A stretch of DNA of 64,000 nucleotides, taken from Octopus sinensis (taxonomy: Eukaryota). A model generated the notes under the pieces. It was not told where the DNA came from and did not search any database. It was given only the letters and a program-made list of their open reading frames with translations. Location of the stretch: NCBI RefSeq assembly GCF_006345805.1, contig NC_042997.1, forward strand, positions 7,068,001 through 7,132,000, written 5' to 3'. Position numbers and translations under genes: made by a program. Below, piece by piece: positions 27,060 to 41,999 of the stretch; the first letter of the stretch is position 1; the number at the start of each line of letters is the position of its first letter.

Positions 27060-28869
27060 TTATGCATTAATACTTCGTTTGTATTGATTTCTAAATAAAT
27101 ATTTCCACCGCATTATTTCCTAGTGAAAATTTTCTACTTGTCACACAAATATTTATTTAAATTGTAGTCTAAGAAATACGCTTCCTTTGCAAATGCGTTG
27201 CAAATTGAGGAACACTCTGATCAAAATAAGAATATGAAACTTTTTTTCAATGTATATTGAGATAATTATTCAGCTTATAACTTATATTTATACGTATGAT
27301 ATTTGAGTGTTTATTAAGAAAAGAAAACCGATAAAATCGCACATACTCTTAATTATTACAAATTGTTGAGTCGTATGTTTAAATAAAATGATGACATTTC
27401 AATGAAACACACTCCGAAAAACTTAAGATCCCCTCAGCCATTGAAAAATTATTACTGACATATAATTTAATCAATGTCGTTCTGTAATCCATCTATGCCA
27501 TTCTCTCTGATATGAGGAGGTTATTTCAGTTACTAGATTTTAGTAATATATCTATTTAGCGATTGTATTCCATAAGAAATTTTTCCTTTCTTGACGATGC
27601 CCAGATAAATAGAAGCAACCTTACTGAATTCAAGAAATACCATTTAATTATACAGTGATCTGTGTATTTTAGGAAAATGTTTTTTTTGCTATCACGTTAT
27701 AATTAAATACACATTAGATGTACAATCTCCAGTAATGAATATGCATACAATCCTTAGTGGACTAGAGGGTTTCAGATTAAAATGTTTGAAAATATACAAA
27801 AGAATACTCAGAAACACTAAGCGAAAATATAACTACTTGACGCAATAATTAAATCGACGTTTGAGAACAAAAGATGCACAAATATGATAATTTATTATAT
27901 ATTGAATATTATAAATAAATTATGAAGAAATATATGTTTTATATTTCACATCAACTTGATATTGACCTCTATCTAAAGTAGTCATCCATTCCTCGTAGTT
28001 TGCTACACTATATAAATATAATGAAAATATTTCAGTCAATTATTCATTTACTTTGTTCTTTGGCTGAACTGTAATAATTACTACGAGTTAACAGTGGGAA
28101 GGTATTCTAATGCAAATTAGGTTGTTTTCTTTCACTTACACCTAATATATAAGTGCTACATTCTGTCTGCTCTCTCTCTATCTCTGGTATTGTTATACTA
28201 CCTGGAGCAGAATAACAATGACAAAGTGATGATCGGATAGTCACAAAGGTTTCCAGATTACATCTAGTACATATCGATATTCACAACTTCAACAGATTAA
28301 TAAGAAGACATTATTATCATAAGTGATGTTACAATAGAGAATATTGAATTCAGCTGTGCAATACAACAAAAGACTTGCTTATGTTATTATAAGCGTAAAT
28401 ATTATAACCAAATATGATTTATATTGGCTCAAGTAGTTACTGCAAAATTTACAGTGAGGTGAGGAAAATCAGCTATGCGTCTGCACTCATACCATTATAA
28501 GTAATGGTATGAGGAAACAACGAGAGATCAACTGTGGAGAGGGACTTCTTTTTGCATTTTGCGTGAACACAGAGCGTAGTCAACATATTAATTGCAAGAT
28601 ATGCTAACCATATTTCATCAAAATTTCACCATATATATGTTTGAATAGTACATACATAGAAATATGGTAAAAATTTAAGAAGCAAATTTTACCGCAAGAA
28701 TGTTTAATCGTCGTGTTCGTGTCTGATGGTGTTGCGGTTAAATAATAATAGCTGCAAAGAAAATGTCTGGTTTGAGTATCTTTAATTTTCAGCACCCTTT
28801 CAATACAGACCTATGCTACCTTCTGATATATAGGATAATAAAAAAAGAATGTCTATATGACTATACAAT

Positions 28870-29201
28870 ATTTGCTGAACTGTACCAGAAGGCTTGTACC
28901 AGATCGTGTTTCGATTTCCGGACTGGGTGCCTTGTATCATTCAGCAAACCACTTCGTTACACTTGATCTAGTGGTGTGTCAATGAAGACATCCAATGATT
29001 CCTCTGCGTGGTTCAAGAGGCGAATAAAAGAGGTTGAAGGATCTGCACTTCAAACTTGTAAAACCCTATCAACAAATACTACTCAAACAATTGGAGGGTT
29101 TTTTCCTGAGAAGAGCAAAGGTGTCATCCACCAGGATTAAGGGATACACTAACAGTGGATGCAGGACGCAGTGTAACAGCGCAGGCTACCATACTACTAC
29201 G

Positions 29202-29267
<66 letters not shown>

Positions 29268-29275
29268 GTTACTAC
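28870..29275 (+). mobile_element. LINE 3' end with (TAC)n tail
   Basis: GC-richer block ending ...GGCTACCA-(TAC)n at 29193-29270, typical of LINE 3' termini ending in a simple repeat. Confidence 0.5.
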
Positions 29276-30084
29276 TCTGACTACCAGAATTAATATGCGT
29301 GTAAAATATAGAATAATTTTCCTATATAAGTCTATCCTTATGAATCTTGATTTTAAAATTCTGTTGAATTAGAACTCGATTTCCCCACTGCAGGTTACTT
29401 CGCAGTATATCAGTGTAGTAATTGCATCTGGTAATACGTAAAACAATAATGAAATCGATTTAGTCGAATATTTCCTACTCAACATTTATCACCTGAAGTC
29501 AATATAGTAATCAATAAATCCATATGTAAACTCGATGATGATTTCTGCTGAGCAGTCGGTAATCTGCTAGGAAATAAGTTTACGATTCAGTTGTTAGATA
29601 AATTGAAACTATTTCCGTTGTAGTCATTCAGAGACATATAAACGATAAACTATATTTCCTTGTTTTGATTTTGCATGTGTTATAATATTATACGCCACAA
29701 AATATTATACAACCACGCTCTACTTAGCGTGTACATTTTTACTGAATATATTTAAATGCTAGAACACATTATCCGATATGTAACAAGGATACACTTATTC
29801 AATTAAAACCTGATGCATTTGGTTAAGATGTGCAAATGTTCAAAACTAAATTAAATCGGTATTTAATGTCGAATAATTACGATTGCAGTATAGCGAAATG
29901 GTTTTTTTTTTATTGTTTGTACACAAGTCATCGCTCATTGAGTAGATATCTTGTAAAATATGTCACATAAATGACTTTCCGTATTCTACACTTATACCCG
30001 TAACTTCGCTACACTATGTGACGAGAGGCTGAGTAAGCAGATTCTCATTCTCCTTAAAGTGAAAGACTGATGTTGATGCTCTCT

Positions 30085-30395
30085 TTACTCTTTTACTCTT
30101 TTACTTGTTTCAGTCATTTGACTGCGGCCATGCTGGAGCACCGCCTTTAGTCGATTAAATCGACCCCGGGACTTATTCTTTGTAAGCCCAGTACTTATTC
30201 TATCGGTCTCTTTTTGCCGAACCGCTAATACATCTATTCGACAGGCTTCTTTCACTTTCCGTGTACCAAATCCACTCACAAGGCATTGGTCGGCCCGGGG
30301 CTATAGCAGAAGACACTTGCCCAAGATGCCACGCAGTGGGACTGAACCCGCAACCATGTGGTTGGTTAGCAAGCTGCTTACCATACAGCCACTCC
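30085..30395 (-). mobile_element. tRNA-derived SINE, near full length, with (AAAGAGTA)n tail
   Basis: Minus-strand head GTGGCTGTATGGTAAGCAGCTTGCTAACC..GGTTCAGTCCCACTGCGTGGC; 3' part matches 48830-48970. Confidence 0.85.
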
Positions 30396-30437
30396 TCCTG
30401 TTTATTTTTATTTCTTTTTCTTAATATTTGCGAGAAC

Positions 30438-30470
<33 letters not shown>

Positions 30471-30496
30471 CATCATCATCATCATCATCATCATCA

Positions 30497-30839
30497 TTCG
30501 GGACCCCCTCCGGTCACGACATTGACCATGGGATTGAACCTAGAAAGTTACCCTCCTAGTCACAAGTCTGGGCAAGGTGGTTTATGGAAGACCAGCAGTC
30601 GCCCATGCATACCGGCCTCCTCTCTCACGGCCACCAGTGTTATCCAAGGGAAAGGCAAAGGGGCCGATACATCTTGGCGCCAGTGACGTCGCAACTCATT
30701 TCTACAGCTGAGTGAACCGGAGCAACGTGAAATAAAGTGTCTTGCTCAAGAACACAACACGCAGCCCGGTCCAGGATTCGAACTCACAACCTCACGATCG
30801 TAAGCTCGACGCTTTAACCACTGAGCCACGCACCTTCAC
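30497..30839 (-). mobile_element. tRNA-derived SINE inserted in an (ATN)n microsatellite
   Basis: Minus strand GTGAAGGTGCGTGGCTCAGTGGTTAAAG (A box)...GAGTTCGAATCCTGG (B box); flanked by (TAT)n/(CAT)n. Confidence 0.85.
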
Positions 30840-30845
30840 TATTCA

Positions 30846-30909
<64 letters not shown>

Positions 30910-30911
30910 TA

Positions 30912-32744
30912 TCAATTGTCTTTGCATAGTTTCTAACGCTGGGAATGTAATACAGTGTCACCAGTGAACTAAGGCAATAACATTTATTTTTCAAGCACCC
31001 AGTGTATTTTTGAGGTTTCAAAAAGTGCTGTTTTCTGCAAGTGCTCCACTCTTACTGCAGCCACTATTTGCTTCATATTATTCTGAAGTTTTTTTACTCA
31101 CTGTTCTCAGGTCTTAGACAATTACTGGTATTACTACCACATTTTCAGCGACAACAAATTCTTAATCTCCGAAGCTAATCTGTCATATGTATCGACTTTT
31201 CTTTCTTCCTTATCACATACATGTTGTCAGCTGGGCATCGTATATCTATTATCCAGCATCGTTTGATTTCTTTCTCAATTAACACTATGTCCGGTGTTCT
31301 ATTCTCTATCACATGGTCGCACAGAATATTAAAATTCCATAGGATCTTTGCATTATCATTTTCGATGACGCCTTAGGGTTTATGTTCGTACCACTTTTTT
31401 TGCTCTGTGAAGTCCATACTTGATGCAAAGTGTCCAATGAACAATCTTTGCTATAGTATCATGATGTCTCATATTCTTTCTATGGTAGTGGCATATATTG
31501 ACTGGTAGTATACCATACTGTTTCACCATTTCGTCCACAAATTCTACACTTATCACTTTCAGATGAGTTGCCTATTCTGCATTTTGATGTAATTGGTTCT
31601 TAATGCTTGCTAGTGGGGAGCACATATTAGGGCCTCTCTTTCCGGTTTTAAATCACTTTTACCCATCCATAGCCATCTTCTGTTTCTGTCTTATCTCCAA
31701 CATACCCATGAAATTGTCCCTGCATTCTTTTCTTTATCCACCTCTTTTCAGTTTCATTCATTCTGAAGTGCTTTTACAGTGCTTTACCTTTGGAATCTTC
31801 AATCAAACACAAGATTGACCTTACTTCCAATAATAGAGGTTCTGTGGCATTTTTTACATACCATTCTATGTTGTTTTCTTCTGCTGTAATTCTGTGTTCG
31901 CATACAATCAGTCCTTTCCCCCTTCATTTTCTTAGTTAATACAGTCTGTCTGTGTCACTTTTTGGGTAGAATATTCCATATGTAGTCAGCAACTTTCTTT
32001 CTTTCTCTCTAAAGCGTTTAGTTCCTTTACTACCCATGCGATTACCCCGGCTCCATATCTAAGTAGTGAAACCTTCCAGGGGTTGACAGCATCAATCTAA
32101 TTCCGTCCGTTAGAATTCGACTTAAGAATCAGTCATACTGTGCGCATGTGCCTCGCCTTAGACTTTTCTATCATTTCTTTCTCTATCAATTTATCCATTT
32201 CCAAAATCCCCACGCCCTTATAGCCCGTCACTTTTATCTGCTTCATAACCTCCCGCGACGGTATCACTACCTTGTCCATATATATGATTTTGCATCTATT
32301 CAAGACTAACACATCACACTTTCTCAGTCCCAACTCCACTCTGATATCAGCACTGGAAGTATATACCGTATCAACGAAGGAACTCAGTTGGTATTCCTCT
32401 TTACCATAAAGTTTGACGTCATACATGCATAAAATGTGGTAGACATTTTGTTGGTCATTGCTTTCTTCAGAGTCAGTGTTAATGGTACCATGTTCAGTAC
32501 AAAGATCAGTGAGGGCAAGCATTCCCCTGGGGTGATGCCTCTCTTAAGTTCTATTGTCCTTAAGTGTATTCCATAAGCGGTCGGTTCCGTCGTCCACTTC
32601 GCCATACTTTTTCCAAGCAATCGCTCAACATTCGATGGAATATCAAATAGGTTCATAATTCCATAATCTGGGGATGTGAGATCATATCGTACGACTTTCG
32701 ATAAGGGATCCATGATATGGCTAAGTTATTTTTCCTCGTCTTCC
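30912..32744 (-). mobile_element. R4/Dong-like LINE, 3' part (RT C-terminal half, CCHC finger, RLE), degenerate
   Basis: RT motifs (KRGITPGECLPSLIFVL; CMYDVKLYGK; LGLRKC), DKCRICGRNGETV, HDTIAKIVHWTLC, RTPDIVLIEKEIKRCWIIDI; 3' end runs into (AAT)n. Confidence 0.85.
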
Positions 32745-32749
32745 AGTCC

Positions 32750-34103
32750 CTATCATCATCATCATTGTTCGACCGTGGTCGAGACAATGGAATTTACCAT
32801 GTTGCGCCAGACTTCACGGTCCATCATAGCATTACGGAGGTCCTGTTGCTGGATGCCTGTATCCCTGGAGATTACATCAGGGTAGGAGAGTGTGCGCCCT
32901 CTGGTGTTGCGAGTAGATGGCTTCCAGAGGAGAAGAGTAGAAATTACTTCTTTTTCAGCTCTACAACAATGTCCAGCAAACTGGACTCTCCTACCTTTCA
33001 CAAGAGATGACACAGGTGGTAATTTCCCATATATTTGCATTTTAGTTGGATAGCGCCTCCACGAGAGATTTTGAGATCTCATAAGGAGGCGAGTGTAGGT
33101 TCCATCCAACCGCCTCTCAGGTTTCTGAGCCAAATAGTAGGATTGGTTCGACTGTGGCTTTGAATATTTCAAGTTTGAAGTCTCTACTTAGATTTGACGA
33201 CCAGATCTTATGCACGTCATTACAGGCTGACCAGGCCATACCCTTTCTAGTTAGAAAGTCTTTTCCAGATGATGATATGTATGACCCAAGATATTTATAA
33301 TCAGAAACCATATTTAAAAGTGCACTGTTGAGAGTGTGGATGATGCAATCACTGTTGGACAGGTACTTGTTTATGTATTCAGTTTTGGTCTCATTGAGGT
33401 AAAGACCTACACAATTTGAGGCTTGTTCAAGAGATTGTAAAAGAGACTGGGCATTGGAGAGAGAATCACTGATAAGAGCGATGTCGTCAGCAAAGTCAGT
33501 GTCTCTCAAGTACTCAGCTGGGTGTCTGGAACTTCTTCTTGGTTTTATTCAAAGCCCTTGCCAGAGATGGTATCAACTGACATACGTAGCACATAATCAA
33601 CAACAATGATGTTAAGAAATGGGGCGAGTGTGTCTCCCTGCAGTATTCCGGCCTCGATCGAGAAAGATGATGTTTCTCCATCAGGGGTTAAGATGGTTGA
33701 ATACGTATCTGTGTAGAGGACCTTGATGGCAGAGATAATTTTGTCTGGTATCCCATAGAGCTTAAGGATTTCAAACATCTTGCACCTATCTACAGAATCG
33801 AACGCTTTAGAAAAGTCTACAAATACCATTGCAAGATCGCGATTAAATGCTTTTGATTCTTCAATAAGTCTGCGCAGGCATAGTATCTGGCTCAGCGTTG
33901 AGCGCCCATGTCTGAATCCATTTTGGTTCTTTCGGAGCAAAGGTTCAACAAAAAGGACAAGACGATTTAGGATCAGTGTGTTGTACAGTTTTGCAGCAAT
34001 TGACATTAGAGATATGCCCCTGTAGTTGGTGACGAGGGACAAATCGCCTTTTTTGGGTATTGGAATGATTTGAGATTGGTGCCAAATCTTTGGAGCGACA
34101 ATC
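32750..34103 (-). mobile_element. 5'-truncated RTE-clade LINE (RT domain), few disabling changes, (TGA)n tail
   Basis: PIPKKGDLSLVTNYRGISL, QNGFRHGRST, FVDFSKAFDSV, GILQGDTLAPFL, DFADDIAL, YKYLGS in three consecutive ORFs; tail GAACAA(TGA)n at about 32750-32770. Confidence 0.93.
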
Positions 34104-34653
<550 letters not shown>

Positions 34654-35302
34654 AGTGTTATTGCGTCAATGAGCAATGCATCCCTTCGAAGTGACACTGT
34701 GGTACAAATGTATACCCATAATAATAGAGGCAATAGCGTGGCTGTGTGGTACGAAGATGCTTCCCAACCATATGTTTGTGGGGTCAGACTCATTGTCAGG
34801 TTCCTTGGAAAGTTCTTCCACTATACCGCCAGCGTGGTCTGGTGGTCATTATTTCCTCAATTCCGTCACATTCTTCTCTCAGTCTTACCCTCGCACACTC
34901 TGCTCCTATTTCTATTAGCTCATGATAATTTAACTACACTTATTTGTATAACTGTCGGCAGAAATTCCTCCGTATTTCTTTGTGGTCTATGTTTGCAGCG
35001 TAATTCTGATGACTGGAACCGGCAACGTGTCAACCTCACCGAGTTTTATTCTCCGGTAATGGATGTTTGCCAATCGTATGAAACACGTGAAATGAATATA
35101 AATTAATAATACCGATTTCGTCTTCTGTTTTTCTCTTTTATATACAGGGGCAGAGGCCGATAAACTTATCTGGAGTGATGAGGATTCTCTATCCACGAGT
35201 CGGAGGGGTGTTGAGAGTGGAACCCGTGTAACAATCTCTTAACTCTACCTAACTTGTCCTGCCTAGCAATTTTGAATTGTATATAAGGGAATACACAGAC
35301 AT

Positions 35303-35340
<38 letters not shown>

Positions 35341-35990
35341 GCAAACACAGATACGTATACATATATGCATATGTATATACTTGTGTGTGTGTGTGTGTTT
35401 ACATATGTGAATACCATTCTCATTATTCGTCAGTGAGAATACTAAATAAATAACACAAATGGGATCTTAATAGCTTCTTTCACACCATAGATGTTCTTCA
35501 AAGTTTCTAAAGTGATGTAATTTTGCCTGCTAACGAAGAAAATCACATTTAGTTTCTGAGTAATTAGCAATAATAAAATAACAAACAACTGTATATTTGA
35601 ATTCTAACCATTAGGAAGCCTCCATTATCATTATAATGGAAGCCGTATATTTCGTCTGATGTGACTATTGTTGCTTGTTTTTAAAACATAAACATTAACC
35701 ACTTTCTGTTTGCCTCCTGTTCTTTATATTTTCAAGGTGTACAGATTTTATGTATGTTTATTGTTAAATATATATTTTGATATTCTTTTTACAAAGTATT
35801 TCAGGATGGATACAGACCATATATATATATATATATATAAGTAATGTACACTTGTGTACAGCACAGCATGAGCTTCTTTTTAAATACATTCATTTTAATA
35901 CATTCTTCTAACTTATTTTCGGTTATAGCCATCGTGCATATTCTATTTAGTCATGGTTCATGGTGTGCATATATAAAGACAAACACACAC

Positions 35991-36039
<49 letters not shown>

Positions 36040-36399
36040 TACACACACTCACACATGCGTATGCGTGTCTTTCTGTCTGTCTGTCTCTTTGTATATATGT
36101 GTGTCTGTGATTCCGAAAGCGAATTCCTACTTCAATTCATTTACCCTCTTTCTCTCTCTTTCTCTCTCTCTCTCTCCCTCTTTCTAAGGCAAATATAAGT
36201 ATAATAAACTTTACAGTTTTGCTGATTGATTAAAATAATTTGCGTACAAAGCTGTCGAAAATAATTACTTTTGTTCCATGGTAATGAGTTTTGAGCCAAA
36301 AGCTCTTACTTGTAACACCAAATATCTTCTGAAAAAGGACGTGTTAACGTAATAAACTTAGATTACCGCTGCCAATATTTCAGACTGAGTTCATCTGTT

Positions 36400-37000
36400 A
36401 TTGTATTTTCCTTAGAGAAAAGAAATGACTAGAAATTTTAAGTTGTCAGACATTTGCAATTGAAATACTCTGCCAATCTCTGATCCCAGGATACTCTTTT
36501 GTAAACGCAAATAATATCCCCAGCCAAACTAAATTTGTTTGGAGATATTAATTTCTTTTCCATGAATTTGCATTTCCAAATAGCAAACGTGTCTTAATAT
36601 ATATGCAACATATAGGTCATAATCCATTTTAGCTTAATATATTCATGTAAAAATATCAGAGATGAACCTGTAATTGGTTGCAAATAAATTATTTTCGACT
36701 TAAAATCTAAAATGACAACCTGGGAGTGAAGATTTATAAATATCTAACTAGTTTCCAATGATACTTTGGAAAGATCATCTGGAAGAAGGGCAAGTTGAAG
36801 TCAAAAAGTTTTTTGGTAATTAGCAAGTAAACCACCAGAACATGCATTTAAATTTTCTTCGATAAAATTTATAATCGATATGATGTACGGGTGCCGAAAC
36901 TTAGTTCAATCAATACATATTGAGGATTTACTCCATTCACAGAGTCAACCACACAGTTATTGCAGCTGTAGAACCTTTGGCCACATTCTGAAGAATGGCT
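36400..37000 (-). mobile_element. Decayed PLE reverse-transcriptase remnant
   Basis: Minus strand TATATTAAGACACGTTTGCTATTTGG resembles RY(I/V)DDTFAIW; downstream FMEKEIN resembles FTME.E; heavily frameshifted. Confidence 0.35.
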
Positions 37001-37899
37001 TTTGCACAAATTATTATGGAGCTGGATAAAGCAGGGCTAATGATCTTTCGCAAATGAACATCGTTCTTTGGGTTCTTTCTTGTCTCTGTTATCACCAGCA
37101 CATCATTATTAATAATAGTATTACAATTTTGGGGTTATTTAACTCTGTCATTGCTGCAGACAGCGTGAATATATGACTAGTATTTTAGTTCGTAAACATT
37201 TTTGTTTCTGCTCACTTTGTCCTTTTTCAGATATTTTCTCTTCCTTTTAGTCTGATGTTGTTTTCATCAACTTGTCATGCTGAATTATGAATTCAGCTTG
37301 TCTGTGAATACTACTGCCATATTAACATTGTTTCAATGTCTGCAATTACAACTAGACCTCATGATAAGCACGTACTACAGAAAAAAAAGAATGTAGAATC
37401 TAGTTATACCGATATTGACTCTTACAGCCGGATTTTGAAATAAAGTCACTGATATAAGCAGAAGAATAACCGATCTATATAGATCACTGACTTGTAATAG
37501 GAGAAAACTTTATTCAAAAGATGCGCAAGAGGAGGGTGGCTTTAATGATAAGCTGGCATATAGGGAATTTCCATCCTCCTCTATAATCCAGAGCCGCAGC
37601 GATTTCGTTGGAAAATTTTTGATCTAGTATAATCATCCATTCAGTGTAGATTTGTTTTTTTTGCTTAAAGGATATATGTCAGCATCTCCAAATAAAGCTT
37701 AAATATGGTTAACCATTTACTTTCCGTTAATACACATAACGTCATGATTATCATGCACGCTACAGATGAATTAAATTTTCACTAACACGGCCAGCAACCT
37801 ATGCCACATGCTCTATCTATCTTAATACCACCAATTTCTCATCCTCCTCTCCCTCATGTATTATGCTCATATCATCAGAACTAATCACGCAAAACCCGT

Positions 37900-38640
37900 T
37901 GGTACCATGAAATAACACACGGATATGACATCCAGTGATATAAATCAAATACACACAACATATGTAATTCCAAAGATGTGTGAACTGGAAAATGCTACAG
38001 TATTCCATGTCATACTCATATTGTGGTACAGCAAAAATGAATATTTCCACCTCAAATGAAGCATTCTTGCAATGGCCACTCTTAGATCACATGGCGTCCG
38101 AATTTGCAAAGACATATCTCGTGTGAAACTACAACATATTCCGTTGCCTGAAGTATGTTTGAATAGGAATATCCACATAGGACTGAATAGGAAAATCCAG
38201 TGTAGTCATAAAAAACAAATAGCCCTGCAGAACTACAAATTTCCGTTAACAGAAAACCAGAAAATACAACTTTCACTATAGCAGTTTCACACACAATGTC
38301 AAGATTTATAACACACAATTGCCATATTGAAATTATAACCAACCATTAGCCGGAGCCATATTACCACGCAAAAAGATGTGTAACATAACAGCTGTTGCCT
38401 CTCTACATGGTAATCGTCGTCGCTGAAACGCTACGCCATAGTGTTTTTTGGCTAACTAGCGCCAATATGCAGAGTATTCTACCCTGTTTCACATGCAATG
38501 ACGGAATTGGTATCGCAAAAAATGCTCATCCAATACAATGTTGTGATATTAAACACAACAATGTCTGCAGTTTAACTGACCAACAGCAGTCCTATGTAAT
38601 TATCGAGAAACAATTTTAAATTTCTATTAGATAATTTATC
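37900..38640 (+). mobile_element. Decayed PLE C-terminal / GIY-YIG remnant
   Basis: AETLRH...AKNAHP...KHNNVCSLTDQQQ..IIEKQF resembles the GIY-YIG end (T..TLR.R...H...R...E..FI) as I recall it. Confidence 0.35.
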
Positions 38641-39134
38641 CTGAAAATACAGTACTGTCAATGACAGAGTCAAGAACTAAATCAGTTAGAGAGTATGTGC
38701 TTCTGTTGGGGCCAGGCCAGTTGCAAAGCAAATGAACGAATTTTAATGAAAGAGTAAAGCATCATGTGGAATATGCAAAATATTTTTGCGCATACAACTA
38801 TATTATACGCTCCTCAGAAAATAAATGTGCGTTAAAAGATCGATGATGAAAACATTATGCAAGATTGAATTCGGGCGGCTACATTTGTGTGCAACTGTAT
38901 GGATAGTTATCATAACGAATCATATATCAACAAGTGTTTAAAATTGTTTCCTTTGAATTTTCTGCTGAGAAATATGTGTTCGTAAATGTATTTGTATATA
39001 TGTATATATACATACATATAAGAGGTATTGGTGTGCAGAAGACCCAAGATGTCAGGTATGGTTATGTAAGTGCTACTGGAGGACCGTAGTTGGGCTCTCC
39101 GTTTGTCGGACTGCAATGAATGGTAGTAAATAGT

Positions 39135-39290
39135 ACGAGGTCGACTTTGCCTTTCATCTTTTTGGGGTCGATAAATTAAGCACCAGTTACGCACTGGCGT
39201 CGATGTAAACGACTTAATACCTATGTCTGTCCTTGCTTGTCCCCTCTATGTTTAGCTCCTTGTGGGTAATAAAGAAATAGGTACTGGTTG
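39135..39290 (+). mobile_element. SINE 3' half (same family as 5488-5712)
   Basis: GAGGTCGACTTTGCCTTTCATC..GGGGTCGATAAATTAAG..CAGTTACGCACTGG...AATAAAGAAATAGG. Confidence 0.85.
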
Positions 39291-39630
39291 CCATTTGAAT
39301 GATATTCGTATACTCTTTGGTTGTACTTTTGATCTGATCTACATGACCGGCTACACATATGAACTTCTTAAGCTGATGTTTAGTATTGAGTGGTCGGATA
39401 CATACTCACACACAAACCTATGAATAAATGCCTACATACACACATGCATAGACTTAAATACAGGTGCATATACATACATATATACGCGTGTACCTATATA
39501 CTTACACCGATCAACATATACGCTTAAGCACTTATATAGATACATACATGCATACATATATATACATACGTGCATCTAGGTACTCAGAGGCCTGATACAT
39601 TCTCATATACCAACACATACTCACACACAG

Positions 39631-39846
39631 ACCTATGAATATATGCCTACGTATACACATACATAAACTTATATACATATAAGCAACTATATATACCTAT
39701 ATATATATAAATGTGTGTGAGCATGTTTGTATATATATATATATATATACAAACATGCTCACACACATTTATATATATATAGATATATATAGTTGCTTAT
39801 ATGCATATAAGTTTATGTATGTGTATACTTAGGCATATATTCATAG

Positions 39847-39849
<3 letters not shown>
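39631..39849. repeat. Palindrome centred on a (TA)n tract (about 100-bp arms)
   Basis: 39631-39728 versus reverse complement of 39749-39849: 3 mismatches. Confidence 0.9.
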
Positions 39850-39897
<48 letters not shown>

Positions 39898-39900
<3 letters not shown>

Positions 39901-39968
39901 TCATATAAATAAAAATGTATATATTCATGCACATACATACACCGATCAACATATACACTAACGCACTT

Positions 39969-40010
<42 letters not shown>

Positions 40011-40092
40011 ATATTTAAAGTGCGTTAGTGTATATGTTGATCGGTGTATGTATGTATGTGCATGAATATAGACATTTTTATTTATATGACTG
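39898..40092. repeat. Second palindrome centred on a (TA)n tract (about 80-bp arms)
   Basis: CAGTCATATAAATAAAAATG...GCACTTTAAA-(TA)n-TTTAAAGTGC...TATATGACTG; 1 substitution plus a 4-nt repeat indel. Confidence 0.9.
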
Positions 40093-41999
40093 TATATATA
40101 TATATATAGTCGTCAATTTTGTCTTATAACTAATGTTGTTAGGACGAATATTATCGTTATATATGAATGTGCATCATTTAGGTAATATCACTGATTTTCA
40201 AATCGATACCGCTTGTGAAAATAAGTACACATCTCCACATCAGTTTATTCATACTTTTGAAATGGAAAGAGAGATACTATATTATAGCTACACGGTTCTA
40301 AATTACACTGATGACGCTTTTAATATTAAGTAAAGTGATTTGATACAAGAAAAACAAATCCGACCTCTTATTCTGAAACAGCGATTGTTTTTCCCGGTGT
40401 AATGGATATGATAGTACTGTGCAGAGAAAGCAGATACAGTATGATATATACTGTATAATATACAATAGTTCACAAATGTATATACGAGCCACAATCACAT
40501 AAGGAAAATAACTAAACATGAATATATGTTTTTGTAAAGAAATTTGATAACACGTTTCATTCAGACATAGTAACCCTTTTTTATATGATTACCCTCAAGC
40601 AACTCCGATAAAACATTAGGTAGTTATATTCCTTAAATCAAATGCAGGAGTTCAAATTATAAATGGCATAGTCATTTAAAAGAAAATTGCGAGACTACTT
40701 GTGTAATATAGATTCGGAACAATATTTTTTCAGACATATGTGTTATAAGAGCAGATTTAAGCAGAAGTGACATAAAAAGCAACAACAGAAATTGAAATAA
40801 TCATATTTTGCATCAAGTATAAAACAAGTAATGAAAGAAAACTAACACGTAAATAAAATAACTGTATATTTTGACAAAGCAACACTAACAGAGGAAACAA
40901 TATGAACACCGCCATGCATATTGTAAATATATAAAACCAGAAAAGTCAGATAAATAACTACGACACAGAATACGAAACAATAAAGCGCACGGAAAACAAA
41001 TAAAAGAAACGTGAGTAATAAAGACGTATTTTTTGTTTTATTTCGGAAATGTAATTTCGGTGATGAAAAAAATTTAGTCTGTATTTGCGTAATTGCTGTC
41101 AGTTTGACTGAACATATCACACGTCTTATATTAGAAACATTGACAGTTTCCTGATGTTTTATGCATTGTTTTGCAATATCTAGGTGATGTGCTGGGTATA
41201 GATGCTTCAACGTGCTCAGTATTTCACTGATATATGAACTGTACACAAACATATTCAGAATAGAGTGTTAGAATCTATTTAGAAGTTGTTTCTAAAATGT
41301 ATCTTTAATGCATAAGTGAAAGTATCTGCATATTATTTACGCATATAATTATTATGGAAGTAATTACACTGACACGTATGTTAAATTGTCACATCAGCGT
41401 GTGTCCTACCTCCTCACATTATTTGCTAGATAGCAATTTGGATTAGTAAATTGTCTAAATAGTCCATCAAAAGACAACTTTTCAGAAAGTAGTCTGAAGC
41501 ATAGGAATATCTATTTTAACATTAGTTATTGAATTAATATGCCTTAGGTATCAAACTTTTCTAACGGATCTGAAAACGTAAGAACATCCGTTTCCTTCTT
41601 TATGATCTTTATGTGAATATTGCTACACTAGATGAATTGTGCAATAAACAAAATATTTAATGATACAAATTATGATCATAATACAAATGACAGTGCACAC
41701 TCAGGCAGAAACTAATAAACACTACATTGCATCAAATATTCCGGTATTTATGAGGAAATAAAAACGGAATTAATATAATGAGCCACATATATATTTTAGG
41801 AAGTGTAAACTAATGCATCGTTCTTAATGCTTATATATATGTATATATATATGCATGTGCGTGCGTCTGTGCGGGCGTATGTGTTTGTGTGTTTGTGTGT
41901 GTTTATCTGTGTGTGTACATGTATGTGTATATGCCCCTCTGATCGCTTCTGTGCATGCAATTCGTGCAGTGGTTTATATAGAAAGAATGAGTTACTAGT

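Noticed and set aside
35006-35090. CTGATGA...GAAACACGTG as a hammerhead
   Set aside because: Very long irregular stem II and no valid cleavage triplet or stem I; at most a decayed pLTR.
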